This document shows positions 30,058-44,936 of a stretch of DNA of 64,000 nucleotides, piece by piece. The notes below the pieces were generated by a model that was not told where the DNA came from, did not search any database, and saw nothing but the letters and a program-made list of their open reading frames with translations. Source of the stretch: an uncultured Verrucomicrobiae bacterium (GTDB lineage Bacteria > Verrucomicrobiota > Verrucomicrobiia > Chthoniobacterales > Terrimicrobiaceae); assembly GCA_963706955.1 (NCBI GenBank), contig CAVPOC010000012.1:19081-83080 (forward strand). The letters run 5' to 3'. Made by a program: the position numbers and the translations under genes. Every line of letters begins with the position of its first letter. Position 1 is the first letter of the stretch.

Positions 30058-31983
30058 ATGCCTGATTTCGGCCGAGAAGACGCCATCTCTCTCTACAACG
30101 TAGACCGCTGGGGCGAGGGGTACTTCACCGTGAATCGGAAAGGTCATATGGTCGTTCTACCCAATCGCTCGAGCGATCAAAAGATCGACCTGATGGAGGT
30201 TGTTGCAGAGGCAAAACGGCGCAAACTCGGCTTTCCCTTGACGGTGCGTTTTCACGATCTATTGCGTGATCGCGTGGAGACCATCAACATGGCCTTTGCC
30301 GACGCGATCGAGACCATGGGCTACCGCAACGTCTATCGAGGCGTGTTTCCGATCAAGGTGAACCAACTCCGGGAAGTCGTCGAAGAGATCCTCGACGCCG
30401 GCAAGCGCTGGAATTTTGGTCTCGAGGCGGGAAGCAAGCCGGAGCTCATGGCGGCTCTGGCCCTTCATCAGGATTATGAAAGCCTGATCGTCTGCAACGG
30501 CTACAAGGATACTGATTTCGTGCGCACGGCTCTGCTTGGACGAAAGTTGGGGAAAACCGTTATCCTGGTTGTCGAGAAGGTCGAGGAGTTGACGCATATC
30601 CTCAAGGTCTCCGCCCAGATGAAGGTCGAGCCATACGTTGGCTTCCGCGTGCGTCTGCTCTCAAAGGGAGCCGGTAAATGGGCGACAAGCGGAGGAGAAA
30701 ACGCCAAGTTCGGTCTCGCTACGGCCGAGCTCGTCGCCGCAAGCGACTTGCTGACAGAGGCTGGTCTGGCTCATGCGCTCAAGCTCGTCCACTTTCATGT
30801 AGGTTCCCAGGTTCCTGATATCGGGACGATCAAGCGTGCCACCAAGGAGGCGGCGCGTTTCTATTCGAAGCTGCAAAAGATGGGCCATGAGATGGGCTAT
30901 CTGGATGTGGGAGGAGGTCTCGGTGTCGACTACGATGGTTCCCGGACGACATTCGACAGCTCAACGAACTACTCGCTCAACGAGTATGCTCGCGACATTG
31001 TCTACAGCATCATGGAGGTGTGCGACGCGGAGGGCGTTCCACATCCCACCATCGTGAGCGAAAGCGGTCGGGCAATCGTCGCCCATCACTCCGTGCTCAT
31101 CGTCGAGGCCTTTGGATCCATCGAGAAAAGTCCCGACGGTGAAAAAATCGAAGCGACCGAAGATAATCCCCAGATTCTTCACGATATCGTCGAGATCTTC
31201 GAGAACCTCGGCAAAAAGAACCGGCTCGAGAACCTCCACGACGCCCACGAAATTCGTGAACGCGCCCAGGCTATGTTCGACTTGGGACTGCTCGATCTGC
31301 GAGCGAAGGCGAAAATCGAGACTGTATATTGGCAAATAGCCGGGGCCGTCGTCGCGATGTTTCGAGGCATGCGTTACATTCCGGAAGAGGTCAAGGAGAT
31401 GGAGGTGGCCTTGGGTGACCAGTTCCTTTGCAACTTCTCAGTCTTTCAATCGCTTCTTGACCATTGGGCACTCGGTCAGTTGTTCCCGGTCATGCCGATT
31501 CACAGACTAAACAAGCTGCCCGATCGCAACGCCACCATCGTTGACATCACTTGCGATTCGGATGGCAAAGTGAGCAAGTTCGTGGACCTGCAAGACGTCA
31601 AGGAAACTCTTCCTTTGCACCGGTGGGAACCCGGTGAACCATACTACATCGGCTTTTTCCTGGTGGGCGCCTACCAGGATATCATGGGTGACATGCATAA
31701 CCTCTTCGGACGAGTGAACGAGATGCACATCTATCTGGATGAGGACGAGGACTGCGGCTATTACGTGGAGGAAGTCCTTCCCGGCAGCACCATCGGCCAG
31801 GTCCTTTCCCTTACGCAGTGGGATACAAATGAACTTGCGCGCCGCATGAAGTCGCAGGTCGATGCAGCCATCAAGAGCGATCGGCTCAAGCCGAGCGAGG
31901 CGATGCGTGTGCTCGATGATTACGAGAAATGCCTCTTCACCTACACTTATCTCAATTTTGACGATCAGAAAAAGAAGCGATGA
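30058..31983 (+). CDS. speA: Biosynthetic arginine decarboxylase
   Basis: WGEGYF, FPIKVNQ, GLEAGSKPEL, HFHVGSQ, DVGGGLGVDYDGS, DITCDSDG, GAYQDIMGDMHNLFG. Confidence 0.97.
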   Translation: MPDFGREDAISLYNVDRWGEGYFTVNRKGHMVVLPNRSSDQKIDLMEVVAEAKRRKLGFPLTVRFHDLLRDRVETINMAFADAIETMGYRNVYRGVFPIKVNQLREVVEEILDAGKRWNFGLEAGSKPELMAALALHQDYESLIVCNGYKDTDFVRTALLGRKLGKTVILVVEKVEELTHILKVSAQMKVEPYVGFRVRLLSKGAGKWATSGGENAKFGLATAELVAASDLLTEAGLAHALKLVHFHVGSQVPDIGTIKRATKEAARFYSKLQKMGHEMGYLDVGGGLGVDYDGSRTTFDSSTNYSLNEYARDIVYSIMEVCDAEGVPHPTIVSESGRAIVAHHSVLIVEAFGSIEKSPDGEKIEATEDNPQILHDIVEIFENLGKKNRLENLHDAHEIRERAQAMFDLGLLDLRAKAKIETVYWQIAGAVVAMFRGMRYIPEEVKEMEVALGDQFLCNFSVFQSLLDHWALGQLFPVMPIHRLNKLPDRNATIVDITCDSDGKVSKFVDLQDVKETLPLHRWEPGEPYYIGFFLVGAYQDIMGDMHNLFGRVNEMHIYLDEDEDCGYYVEEVLPGSTIGQVLSLTQWDTNELARRMKSQVDAAIKSDRLKPSEAMRVLDDYEKCLFTYTYLNFDDQKKKR

Positions 31984-33095
31984 ACCGCCGGACACCGCTT
32001 TATGACAGGCACGTGTCCGGTGGGGCACGCATGGTGGACTTTGCCGGGTGGGAGATGCCAGTTCAATACGGAGGCATCCTCGAGGAACACAGGGCGGTGC
32101 GGGAGAATTGCGGCATTTTCGATATTTCTCACATGGGCGAGTTCCTCATCCGCGGGCGCGAAGCCGCTTCCTGGTTGGATTCGCTGCTCACGAACTCCGT
32201 AACCAAGCTCGCGGAAGGACAGGCACACTATTCGTTGCTGCTGAACCAGCATGGCGGCATCATCGACGATCTCATCGTCTACCGAACGGGAGCGCAGGAA
32301 TTTCTGCTGATTGTCAATGCGGCAAAAATCGACGAGGATTTCACCTGGCTGCGTGACCACATCCCCGGGGCTGAAGAGGTTGCCCTCGTAAATCTGAGCG
32401 ATGCCTACGCGGCTCTAGCCATCCAAGGACCCCGGGCACCGGAGGTTTTCTCGAGAGCATTTTCTCTTTCTTGGGAGCAGCGCAGAAATCGCATCGCGGA
32501 ATTCGACAATGAACTTGCCCGCGGCGGAAATCCGAATTTCGACCGGACGGTTCGCTCGTTGGTTGCGACCACCGGCTATACCGGTGAAGTGGGATTTGAG
32601 GTTCTCATTCCCGCAAATGAAGCGACGCGGTTCTGGGATTCGTTCATCGCCTCGGGAGCCAAGCCCTGCGGGCTGGGGGCGCGAGACACGCTTCGCCTTG
32701 AAATGTGCTATCCACTCAATGGTTCTGATCTCTCGGTTAACCACACGCCCTTGGAAGCGGGACTCGGCGCTTTCGTGGACTTTGAAAAAGGACACTTCGC
32801 CGGTCGCGACGTTCTCTTGCGGCAAAAGGAGAAAGGCATCGCTAGAAAGCTCGCCGCAATCCGCGTCCAAGAGAAGTCGCCACCGATTCGCGCGCACTAC
32901 TCGATCGTGGTGAACGGAGAGAAAGTTGGCGAAACCAGCAGCGGGGCGCTGTCGCCGACACTCGGCTGCGGAATCGCTTTGGGCTATTTGCCGTTCCCAC
33001 TTGCCAAGATTGGGCAGGATTTGGAAATTGAGGTTAGGGGCCGCCTCTATCGCGCCTGTGTCGTCAAAAAACCATTTTACAAGCCAAGGTCATGA
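31980..33095 (+). CDS. gcvT: Glycine cleavage T protein
   Basis: [40 protein letters not shown]. Confidence 0.97.
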   Translation: MNRRTPLYDRHVSGGARMVDFAGWEMPVQYGGILEEHRAVRENCGIFDISHMGEFLIRGREAASWLDSLLTNSVTKLAEGQAHYSLLLNQHGGIIDDLIVYRTGAQEFLLIVNAAKIDEDFTWLRDHIPGAEEVALVNLSDAYAALAIQGPRAPEVFSRAFSLSWEQRRNRIAEFDNELARGGNPNFDRTVRSLVATTGYTGEVGFEVLIPANEATRFWDSFIASGAKPCGLGARDTLRLEMCYPLNGSDLSVNHTPLEAGLGAFVDFEKGHFAGRDVLLRQKEKGIARKLAAIRVQEKSPPIRAHYSIVVNGEKVGETSSGALSPTLGCGIALGYLPFPLAKIGQDLEIEVRGRLYRACVVKKPFYKPRS

Positions 33096-33468
33096 ATGTT
33101 CCCGACGATTTGAAGTTTGCCGAAACCCACGAATGGATTCGCGTTGACGGAGACGTCGGCACGGTGGGCATTACGGATCACGCCCAGGCTGAACTGACCG
33201 ACATTGTCTTTGCCGAAGCGCCCAAGGTCGGCACCAAGGTCTCCGCCAAGGAAGCACTCGCTGTCGTCGAGTCCGTCAAGGCGGCCAGCGACATTTATAG
33301 CCCTGTAGGGGGAGATATCGTCGAAGCGAACGAGGCACTCTCTGAAAATCCGGCGTTGATCAATCAAGACCCCTACGGCGCCGGATGGATCTTCAAGATC
33401 AGAATCGCTGATTCTTCTGAACTCAATAGCATGCTGGACGCGGCGGCCTATCGCGCCCAAACAGAGAA

Positions 33469-33472
<4 letters not shown>
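33092..33472 (+). CDS. gcvH: Glycine cleavage H protein
   Basis: [21 protein letters not shown] lipoyl-Lys, DPYGAGW. Confidence 0.97.
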
Positions 33473-36348
<2,876 letters not shown>

Positions 36349-39238
36349 ACTCCGGATCGTTCTTCCACGTGGAGAAGGTTGGGTCGCTAAGAAAGGCTTT
36401 CCGCAAGGAAGGCCCGCCCAGCCTGATTGCAGCGTGGGCGGCCTCGTAGAATTCGCTCTTTTTGTTCAGCACGAAGCACGCCCGTGCGAGAAGAAGGTAG
36501 TTCTGGACATTTGAAGTCTCCACACGGGTGAGATGCCGGGCTGGCTCGAGCGTTTTAGCCAGTTCGCCACGCTCCTCATAATAGCGGATGATGAACCTTA
36601 GCATATCCGCGTCCTCAGAGAAACGGCTTTGCGCCTGCTGCAGCAGAGGTTCGGCCTTGTTTGTTTCGCCGACGCTTGAATAAAGCTGAATCAACCTGCG
36701 GAGGGTTTCGCCGCTGGTTGGCTGGCTGATCAGCAGCTCGCGGAGGGCGTGAATTTCGCCCGCCGTCTCCTTGCGCTTTTCCGCATAGAGTCGGAGCCGC
36801 CACAGGTCAATGCTATTGGGATCATCGGTAAGCGCTTGGTTGTAAAGGTCAATCGCCTCTTCAAAATCTCCACGATCCCAGAGGTAAGAGGTGAGTGCGA
36901 CCAGCGTTTCCGCATTACCAGGCCAGAGAGCGAGTGCTTCGCGATACGCGCGCTCCGCTTCGGCAGACATTCCGCGGTGTCGATAGATATTAGCTATGGT
37001 TTGACGCAACTTCGAGAATGACCGCCGAGCGTCAAAGTCGCTCTTAAAATTTGGATCGCCGAGTAATCGGTCGGAATATTCCTTCCAAAAGGCGAAATCC
37101 CTGTCGACAATCTCTTTTGGGAGAACCTCGAGCTTGGTCCGATTGAGCTTATAGAGCAGTCCGTGCGGAACTGCGTAGTCATAGGTCCACCGGATCGGAA
37201 AGCTCTCTTCAATGAAGAACTCGTGCTGATCACGATTTTTCTCCCATACCCATTGCAGAATCGTGCCGAAGAGCTCGGCGGTATCCCCGGCATCGCCGTT
37301 CTCCACGTCTTTTGCGGCGGCAAGGTCTACCAAATCCTGGACTTCTTTTTCGTTTGGTAGAATCAACGGCCTAGACGGGTAGATGCTCTCGCGCCCAAGC
37401 CATCTCTCGAAAGCATTCGATGGCGGCGGGCGCGCGACGGTGTATTGATCGCGCAAGTACTTCATATAGTTGCGCTCCCCTAGAGCATTTTGGGTGATGA
37501 TATAGAGATCGCGGCGGTCGAACGCTGGGTCGCGTTTATGGCGCGGCGGCTGCATGCTTTCTCCGAAGATCATGTAGGTCGGCACAAATCGTCCAGGATC
37601 GGTCCCCCCAATTACCACACTGCCAGCCGGCAGATCTTTCAACATGTCATGGCCGTACATCCATCCAAACCAGTGATCCTTCTGACTCGCGGCGTTTTTG
37701 CTTCCTGCAAACGTAAATAACGGGAGCGCCAAAAGACCCGGGGCCAACCAGAAAACGTAAGCGCGTGCCTTGGAGAATTTGCTGATGAGCAGTCCCATCC
37801 CGAGCCCGGAGAGCGTGGCAAAAATGAGGTTTGTGTAGGTATGGTACGGCATCTGCGTCCACCAATCTGCATTGTCGATTTTCGAGTTTGCGGTCAGCGG
37901 CTGGAGAAATGCCGCGAGCACAAATGCGACGTGCAAGAAATAGATCCAGATGCGTTTTGGCAGGGAGAGCGCGAACACAAGAACAAACGAAGAGAAATAT
38001 CCGATCAGGCCAAAAACCGAAAAGGCCTTGAGAAGTTGCTGCCAAAAAAAACCGATCCAAAGCTGCGCGGTCTGCCATCGGTTGCCCTGTTTTTGAGCGC
38101 CGGTCCGCGTTGCCTCGGGATCGCCTTGCGGCGTCCCCATCAGGCGCCCCAAAGACTTGACGCTGACCTCTGAAAGGCTGCCTGAATACTGCGACCGGTT
38201 AATTGAAAAGAAAAATCCGGCCGAGTCGCGAGTGTATCCCCAGTTCATCGGAGGGTTCGTCGCCGAAGCCAGCGGCATATATGCGTAGGGAAGAAGGCCC
38301 GCCGCAACCACGATGGGAAGGAACGCAATCAATCTCCAACGGAGCCGGCCACGCCGCAGCCAGACAAACGTCCCAAAGGCAAGCGCGACACAATAGAAGA
38401 AGCGAATGGCTGTGCGAAGAACAGCGGGATTCTCGGACAGGATGGCGAAAGCCAGATAACCTAACAGAACCGTCAGGACCCCAGCAAAGAACCAGTCGAA
38501 AAATGCACGTCGACGGAGCAGCAGAATCAAGAGATAGGGAAGCGGCGCCAGCGTCATCGTGAGGTGATGATTGCTAAACGACAGCCCAAGGACGAAGAAG
38601 ATGCTCAGCATCAAGCGATCGCTGGCAGGCTGCTGTAGCCAGCGATAGCAGAGCATAAGAAAAATCGCGATCAGCAGTGCATGCAAAGCATAGACCTCGG
38701 CGATGACTGCCTGTGACCACATTGACATGCTGAAAGCCAGCATCAGGGAAAAGGAGAGGGCCACGATGCGTGACAGAATTTTTGCCTTGGCCCCAAGCCA
38801 GGTCCCATAGCACCAGAGCTGAGCGCTCGAAAGAAGTGCCGCGCAGCAACCCACAGCGCCGGCTGCGCATAGCCCACTAAAGATCGCCACTTTCCAAGCA
38901 GCGTTGCCTAACGGAAGCAGAAGGAAAAGCCAGTTGAGAAAAGTCCAAAGCGGGTAACCAGTGGGATGGGGCACTCCGAAGTGCTGCGCTGCCACAACAA
39001 ATTCGCCCGAGTCCAGGAGCGTTACATTCGGAGCGGCCGACCACGCGTAGACGGCAAAGCTTATTACGCCGGCGACGATGCCCAGTGGGCCATCGAGACT
39101 TTCCCGCACAGCTGGAGGAGCATGGCCGCGCGGAGCTTCCCCCTTTGTCAGCAGAGTGTCCACTGGCGAGCCTGGAGAACCGGATGACATCGTCCCTTTA
39201 CTAGGCGGCCTTCGCGGAAAATTTCAACAATCCCAATC

Positions 39239-42200
39239 TCATCGTTTAAAAATTGCGAGCTGAAGAACGCGGCAGATCGCCTCCAAAGCGATTGCTGCGG
39301 TCATCTTTGTTTGCCCTGACCGTCGTTCCGTAAACACTATCGGCACCTCGACGAGACGTGCTCCTGTTTTCCAGAGGAAGTAATGAAGTTCTACCTGAAA
39401 CCCGTAGCCCTCGGTTCTAAACTGTTTCCAATCGAGATTGCGGAGCGCATCGCAGCGGATTGCTTTGAAGCCGCTCGTCACGTCCGCCAGCGGCAGACCG
39501 GTCAACGCTCGCACAAATCGCGAGGCTCCCACGCTGAGGAACAACCTTTCCTGGGGCCAATTCAACACCCGCACTCCGCCGGAGTATCGCGAACCAATGG
39601 CCACATCGGCTCCATTTTCGAGTGCGACTAGCAGGCGGGGAATATCGTCTGGGTCGTGAGATAGGTCGGCATCAATTTGAATGCACGTATCGAACCCTCG
39701 CTCCATCGCCCACCGAAAACCTTCCTTATAGGCGCTGCCAAGTCCGAGTTTACCTTTTCGTTCGAGGAGATGCACCCGCTGACCAAATGCTCGATGAGCT
39801 TTAACCACCTGCGCCGTCTGGTCGGGCGAGTTGTCATCGATGACGACCATTTCCAACCCATGATTCGCATTGAGCACTCTGTTAAGAATGCTATCGATTC
39901 CGGATGCCTCATTGTAAGTCGGAATGATCGCGAGGACTCGCGACGGCGCGTCCTCGTTCATTCTCTTGTGCGGGGAGGGTAAAACCATAGGTTGGGCCCG
40001 AGGCGCGCCCAACCAAGGAGTTCGCCACCTTGCCGGGACTAGCGCCAGCTTCTCGAGTGCAAGAATGCCGATGACTCCGAGCCATCCGGCAAGAGCGGTC
40101 CACACACTGACGGGGTACCACCAGGGGGCCTTAAACGACAAAGCAATCTTGCCTGGTTTTCCGTCGAGGCGAATCGCGATCAAGGCGCCGTATGCCTTGG
40201 CAAGTTCAAGGTCGTGTCCGGCCCGGACTGCCCTCCAGTCCCGGTGATAAGCTTCCGGGATGACAAGCCAGCCAGTTTCTTCCGACTGGTCAATCTCAAG
40301 TGCCTCCGCCGTTCTTCTCTGAACGGCGGCTTGGGAAAGCTTGCTGATTGGAGTCGCGGGGCGGAGATCCTCAGATCTTATTAGACCTTCGCTGTCGCCG
40401 AACCTTGTTCGTGCGCTTACGACAAGCAGTCCGCCCGCCGCAGCGGCTAGCGAGCGAGCCGCAATCTCTTCAGGCGTCCCGTCGAGATCCATGAAGTATT
40501 TTGAATACGCTGCCGGATAGAGCGAATCAGGATTGTCGAGAATGACGAAGTGCTCGTTCTCAAAAACCGGGATTCCGACAGACCGGAGAAATTCCTGCAA
40601 ACTCTGCGGCGTGTCCGGATCTTTCTTATCGATCAATATCTGCGAAACCCCAGCAATCTTCAGAAAAGTGAGGAAGCTTTGCCTTGACTGCAAGGATGCG
40701 CGCTGAAGCTCGGCAACCCCACGCAGCATCAAATGGCTATTGAATGCCTCCGCGATGATAGGTCGGCCCGACAGTATGGGCGTAAGCAGGTAGAAATAGC
40801 GGCCTGAATACGGAGCTACTCGCCCAGGCCGAGCTTGTTCTGAGAGAAAATGTTGCGCCGCCAGAAAATCATCGAACGTCTGGCGATCGATTGGCCCTTT
40901 GAAAAACGATGGAACCGAGCTGACCGAATCTAACCACGCTAAGCCAAGCAGAGCGACCGCAGCAATCGCTCGCAGGTTCGGGCCGCAGATTTCCCGGAGG
41001 AGGAGCCGTGCAGCCACACCGCAGGCCACCGAAAAGCAAAAGGTCCCCCCCATCTCGAAAAAATCATGCGGTGCCCGAATATCGGCATAGAGCGATAGGT
41101 TCTCGATTACGCGAAATCCTGGAACGCCAAAATACACCACGATGGCAACGGCAGCGATCCAACCCCGCCCTGGGAGCGCACTTGGCAGAATACACCAGAT
41201 CGCCACACCTTGAAGCACGAGGAGTCCCCACGAGATGGCAATTGCCGGATCCCACGCCGAACCTGCGTGGGTAAGAAAAGCAAACTGACCCGATAGAGCC
41301 GTGTTCGCGCCGAGTCCTAACCAATGCGCCAGCAGCGTCAACGCCACAAAAAGCCGAAAGATTCCCGCCTCTACGGTCCGCCAGGTGTCTCGCCGACGAA
41401 CAAAGAACAAACCGATGACACACGCTACGCCGAGAAGTCCCATATACGAGGAGCTCGCCCGCACCTCGCTTTGCGCCGATGGCTGTCGCCCAGTAAGGAA
41501 ACCTTCCCGATCGATCCACGAAATCATCGATTCGGCGGAGTAGCTTCTCTGCCACGCCTCGAAAGGTCCGAAATCAAACATCGCGACCCCACCTGCTTCG
41601 CGAAAGGATGGCAGGTTCGGCAGCACCCCTAAGATCACGAACACGCCAACGCACAGCAAGACGAGCCGTCCTGCAGGCAAGTAAAAGCGAGCACGTGCGA
41701 TCCAAGTCCAAAATGCAAATACCACCAGCAAGGGGAGGACAAGAACCGCCACCTTCGCATACGAAAGCACTAGCAGGGCACTCGTCGCCGCGCACATCAC
41801 TGCGGCACGAGCTGTCCTCTCCTCGAGGAAGACCAGCACGCCCTGGAAAACCAATGGGATCGCCGCGAAGCCCAGTACGTTCGCAAGATGCTCCACGTGC
41901 CCAAGCCGCAGCAGCACTGCCGGCGCGAGCGCGTAGGCGACGCCGCAAGAAAATGCCGTCCATCCATCCCCCGGACAGAGCCGTCGGACGAAGGAAAACA
42001 TCGTCAGCGGACATAGGAAAAGAAAGGCGAGCGCCGCGATCTTGACGCCCGCATACGGTCCAACCATCGCTGCGCAGGCATACAGCGTCAGACTGGAGAG
42101 CGCTCCCAAAGAAAGAAACGCCAGCGAGCAACCTTGCAGAAAATTCGGTGTCCACCACGGAAGGCCCCTGACCGAGGCTGCCGCATTGGCGTAGTCAGCC

Positions 42201-42322
42201 ACCTTCGCGTAGTTGGCCAGGAGCTCCTGATTCGATGGCGGTTGCTCCAACCAAGAGAAACCAAGAAACCCAACGAACAGGGAAGCAAAGGCCAACAAGG
42301 CCAGCCAAGGACCAAACTTCAA
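39239..42322 (-). CDS. Fusion: YfhO-like multi-TM GT-C region + polyprenol-phosphate mannose synthase (GT2)
   Basis: N-terminal LPWWTPNFLQG, >10 TM helices, GWLVIPEAYHRDWRA; C-terminal IIPTYNE, IDDNSPDQT, GKLGLGSAY, IDADLSHDP, GYGFQVE, VPIVFTERRSGQTKM; TTG start uncertain. Confidence 0.82.
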   Translation of the reverse strand: MKFGPWLALLAFASLFVGFLGFSWLEQPPSNQELLANYAKVADYANAAASVRGLPWWTPNFLQGCSLAFLSLGALSSLTLYACAAMVGPYAGVKIAALAFLFLCPLTMFSFVRRLCPGDGWTAFSCGVAYALAPAVLLRLGHVEHLANVLGFAAIPLVFQGVLVFLEERTARAAVMCAATSALLVLSYAKVAVLVLPLLVVFAFWTWIARARFYLPAGRLVLLCVGVFVILGVLPNLPSFREAGGVAMFDFGPFEAWQRSYSAESMISWIDREGFLTGRQPSAQSEVRASSSYMGLLGVACVIGLFFVRRRDTWRTVEAGIFRLFVALTLLAHWLGLGANTALSGQFAFLTHAGSAWDPAIAISWGLLVLQGVAIWCILPSALPGRGWIAAVAIVVYFGVPGFRVIENLSLYADIRAPHDFFEMGGTFCFSVACGVAARLLLREICGPNLRAIAAVALLGLAWLDSVSSVPSFFKGPIDRQTFDDFLAAQHFLSEQARPGRVAPYSGRYFYLLTPILSGRPIIAEAFNSHLMLRGVAELQRASLQSRQSFLTFLKIAGVSQILIDKKDPDTPQSLQEFLRSVGIPVFENEHFVILDNPDSLYPAAYSKYFMDLDGTPEEIAARSLAAAAGGLLVVSARTRFGDSEGLIRSEDLRPATPISKLSQAAVQRRTAEALEIDQSEETGWLVIPEAYHRDWRAVRAGHDLELAKAYGALIAIRLDGKPGKIALSFKAPWWYPVSVWTALAGWLGVIGILALEKLALVPARWRTPWLGAPRAQPMVLPSPHKRMNEDAPSRVLAIIPTYNEASGIDSILNRVLNANHGLEMVVIDDNSPDQTAQVVKAHRAFGQRVHLLERKGKLGLGSAYKEGFRWAMERGFDTCIQIDADLSHDPDDIPRLLVALENGADVAIGSRYSGGVRVLNWPQERLFLSVGASRFVRALTGLPLADVTSGFKAIRCDALRNLDWKQFRTEGYGFQVELHYFLWKTGARLVEVPIVFTERRSGQTKMTAAIALEAICRVLQLAIFKR

Positions 42323-42646
42323 GGGAGCGATAAGACCAATCCTCCAGCCACCGAAAGAAATGATCTCGGTCCCGCAGCGATCTCGTCACATCGATATCCG
42401 CATCTGGAAAATGAGACGGTCACGACCATGTCACTGGCAAAAAATTTGTTGGAGGTCTTTCTCTCGTGCCGACCATAGTACCCGTCGGGTCAAGGAGCGC
42501 AACTTGCGAACAGTGTCGAAACAGTGCTTGGCCAGATTCGGCACGCCTCCAAACGCCCCGCCTGGCGCCGAGTCCAGCCCTCTCTTTTCAAATGTATTGA
42601 AAAACGGCTTGCTTGGGCGTTTCTAGACCAGAGCGTCTCCGGAATA

Positions 42647-43333
42647 ATGGACTTTGATTCGTTCGCGGAAAGTTATGAGCGCGAAGTCGCGGAAGCGATT
42701 CGCTTTGCAGGGATTCCGCATCGGTTTTTCCTCGATGCCAAACTGGACCATATGTTGGACACACTGCGCCGACGATTCGAGAACTTACGTCGGCTTCGAG
42801 TGCTCGATCTGGGTTGTGGGACTGGCCTGGTCGATCACCTCCTCAAAGTTCACCTGCCGAAGTTGGTGGGAGTGGATATTTCGGAAAAGGTTCTGCAAGC
42901 CGCAAAGTTCAGGAATCCGGAAATCGACTACCGGCACTTGACCGACGACGTCCTCCCGTTCGGAGATCGGTCGTTTGACGTGGTCTTTGCAATTTGTGTC
43001 TGGCACCACGTTCCGCCCGATCGATGGAGAAACTTTCTTGCCGAGATTTCCCGGATCGTTGCTGCAGACGGCGTTCTTCTAATTTATGAGCATAATCCGT
43101 GGAATCCTCTGACGCGAGTAGCCGTCTCTCGCTGTGCGTTTGACGCTGATTCCGTCCTGCTAAGCGCTCGGCAGGCCGCCAAAAACATTCGTTCGGCAGG
43201 ATTTGGAAGCGTAATTACAGATTACATTTTGTTCCTGCCGTTCAGAACCCACTTCACAGAATTTTGCGAAAGGAAAATACTCCGGAAAATTCCTATCGGA
43301 GCTCAGTATGCACTCTGTGCGACGCGACCATGA
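42647..43333 (+). CDS. Class I SAM-dependent methyltransferase
   Basis: VLDLGCGTG, GVDIS, LPF..SFDVV, HH, EHNPWNPLTR. Confidence 0.88.
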   Translation: MDFDSFAESYEREVAEAIRFAGIPHRFFLDAKLDHMLDTLRRRFENLRRLRVLDLGCGTGLVDHLLKVHLPKLVGVDISEKVLQAAKFRNPEIDYRHLTDDVLPFGDRSFDVVFAICVWHHVPPDRWRNFLAEISRIVAADGVLLIYEHNPWNPLTRVAVSRCAFDADSVLLSARQAAKNIRSAGFGSVITDYILFLPFRTHFTEFCERKILRKIPIGAQYALCATRP

Positions 43334-44265
43334 GGGCCAGAGCTATTCCCGCCAACGTCTCGATCGTCGTTCCAACGTTCGCGAACGCAAAGGCACTTGA
43401 ATCGCTCGTCCACGAAATCTCGCAGGTTCTACTACTTGAGAGCCGCGAGTTTGAAATAATTCTCGTAAACGATGGTAGTCCGGATGCGACGTGGGATGTT
43501 GTTCAACGGATGCATTTGGCGCATCCCTCCGTGCGAGGAATTAATCTTATGAGAAACTACGGACAACACAGTGCTCTGCTCGCAGGCATCTTCAATGCCC
43601 GCTATAAAGTGATCGTCACGTTAGACGACGATTTTCAGACTCCGCCCACGGAAATTCCTAAGCTCCTCCGCAAACTAGACGAGGGATTCGATCTGGTCTA
43701 TGGAGCAAGAAATAAGGAACAGCACGGCCTTGCGAGGAACATCGCATCTTCCGGCGTAAAGTGGCTGATGCAGTACGCGCTGAATGTCCCCCATACTCGC
43801 TCGGTCAGTTCGTTCCGGGCCTTTCGATCCCATTTGATGCGCGACTATCCTCGTAACCCGCCGCCGGCGGCTTTTCTCGACGCACTTTTGGGCTGGACAG
43901 CACAGCATGTCACTTCTGTGCCGGTCGTGCACAATCCCCGTGCGAGCGGCAAGTCAAACTACACCTGGCCAAAGCTGATCCGTCATGGTGTGGATATGGC
44001 CATGAGCCTTTCTGTCGTCCCTCTGCGGGCGGCAGCCTGGCTCGGATTTCTAATCGCAGTGCTCGGCGCGGGTCTCTTCGTTTTCGTGATGGTTTCTTAC
44101 CTGCTACATGGAAGAGAGGTGCCAGGCTTCACCTTCCTTGCTGCAGTCATACTCCTGTTTGCCGGTGCGCAACTTTCCGTCCTGGGAATCATCGGGGAAT
44201 ACCTTTCCCGGGTCTATCTTCGCCTTCTTGGCAAACCTGCATTCGTAATCAAGGAAATCCTTTGA
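43330..44265 (+). CDS. GT2 polyprenyl-phosphate glycosyltransferase (GtrB/ArnC-like)
   Basis: VNDGSPD, RNYGQHSA, LDDDFQTPP, two C-terminal TM helices, LGIIGEYLSRVY. Confidence 0.9.
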   Translation: MRARAIPANVSIVVPTFANAKALESLVHEISQVLLLESREFEIILVNDGSPDATWDVVQRMHLAHPSVRGINLMRNYGQHSALLAGIFNARYKVIVTLDDDFQTPPTEIPKLLRKLDEGFDLVYGARNKEQHGLARNIASSGVKWLMQYALNVPHTRSVSSFRAFRSHLMRDYPRNPPPAAFLDALLGWTAQHVTSVPVVHNPRASGKSNYTWPKLIRHGVDMAMSLSVVPLRAAAWLGFLIAVLGAGLFVFVMVSYLLHGREVPGFTFLAAVILLFAGAQLSVLGIIGEYLSRVYLRLLGKPAFVIKEIL

Positions 44266-44936
44266 GTCTTTCGGCCGTTCTCATGCGATGCAGAGACCGT
44301 CTCCTCGAGAGAAGGTACCTCTATAATCTGTTGCAGTCCACCGTCGGCGCGACGAACGCCAGGCGCTATTTCGTAGAGCACTTTGCGAGCTTGCCAGAGG
44401 CCGCCGGGGTATTGGACATCGGCTGCGGACCGGGCACCCTGATCCCGTTTCTACCTCGGCATGTTGCCCGATACGTCGGTTTCGACCCTAATCCCCAATA
44501 TATCGAGGTCGCCAAACGGCGCTTTGGTAGCGACTCACACAGCTTTTTCGAGGCGGACTGTTCCACTGCCGGAGACTGGTTGGCCGAACGGGGCGGTCGC
44601 TTTAATGTTATCCTCGCGGCCGGCGTTCTGCATCACCTGGATGATCGCGAGGTGACGGAATTGCTGGATCTTGCCATCACTTACTGTGAACCCGATGGGT
44701 TTTTCGCGTCCTTTGACAATGCCATTCTTCCGCATGAAAATCCGATCGCTGCCGCCCTCATCCGTGTGGATCGCGGCGAACACGTCCGGCCGCCTTTCGA
44801 ATACGAGATGCTACTGCGTGCCAAATTTTCGAACATAAAGTCCGAACTCCATCGCAATCTAATGCGAGTGCCTTATCCTTTGGTCTTCTTTAGAGCCACG
44901 GCTCAGTCTTCCTCGAGCTTTTCACGCCCAGGGTAG
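44262..44936 (+). CDS. Class I SAM-dependent methyltransferase
   Basis: VLDIGCGPG, YVGFD, GVLHHLDD, DRGEHVR. Confidence 0.85.
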   Translation: MSLSAVLMRCRDRLLERRYLYNLLQSTVGATNARRYFVEHFASLPEAAGVLDIGCGPGTLIPFLPRHVARYVGFDPNPQYIEVAKRRFGSDSHSFFEADCSTAGDWLAERGGRFNVILAAGVLHHLDDREVTELLDLAITYCEPDGFFASFDNAILPHENPIAAALIRVDRGEHVRPPFEYEMLLRAKFSNIKSELHRNLMRVPYPLVFFRATAQSSSSFSRPG

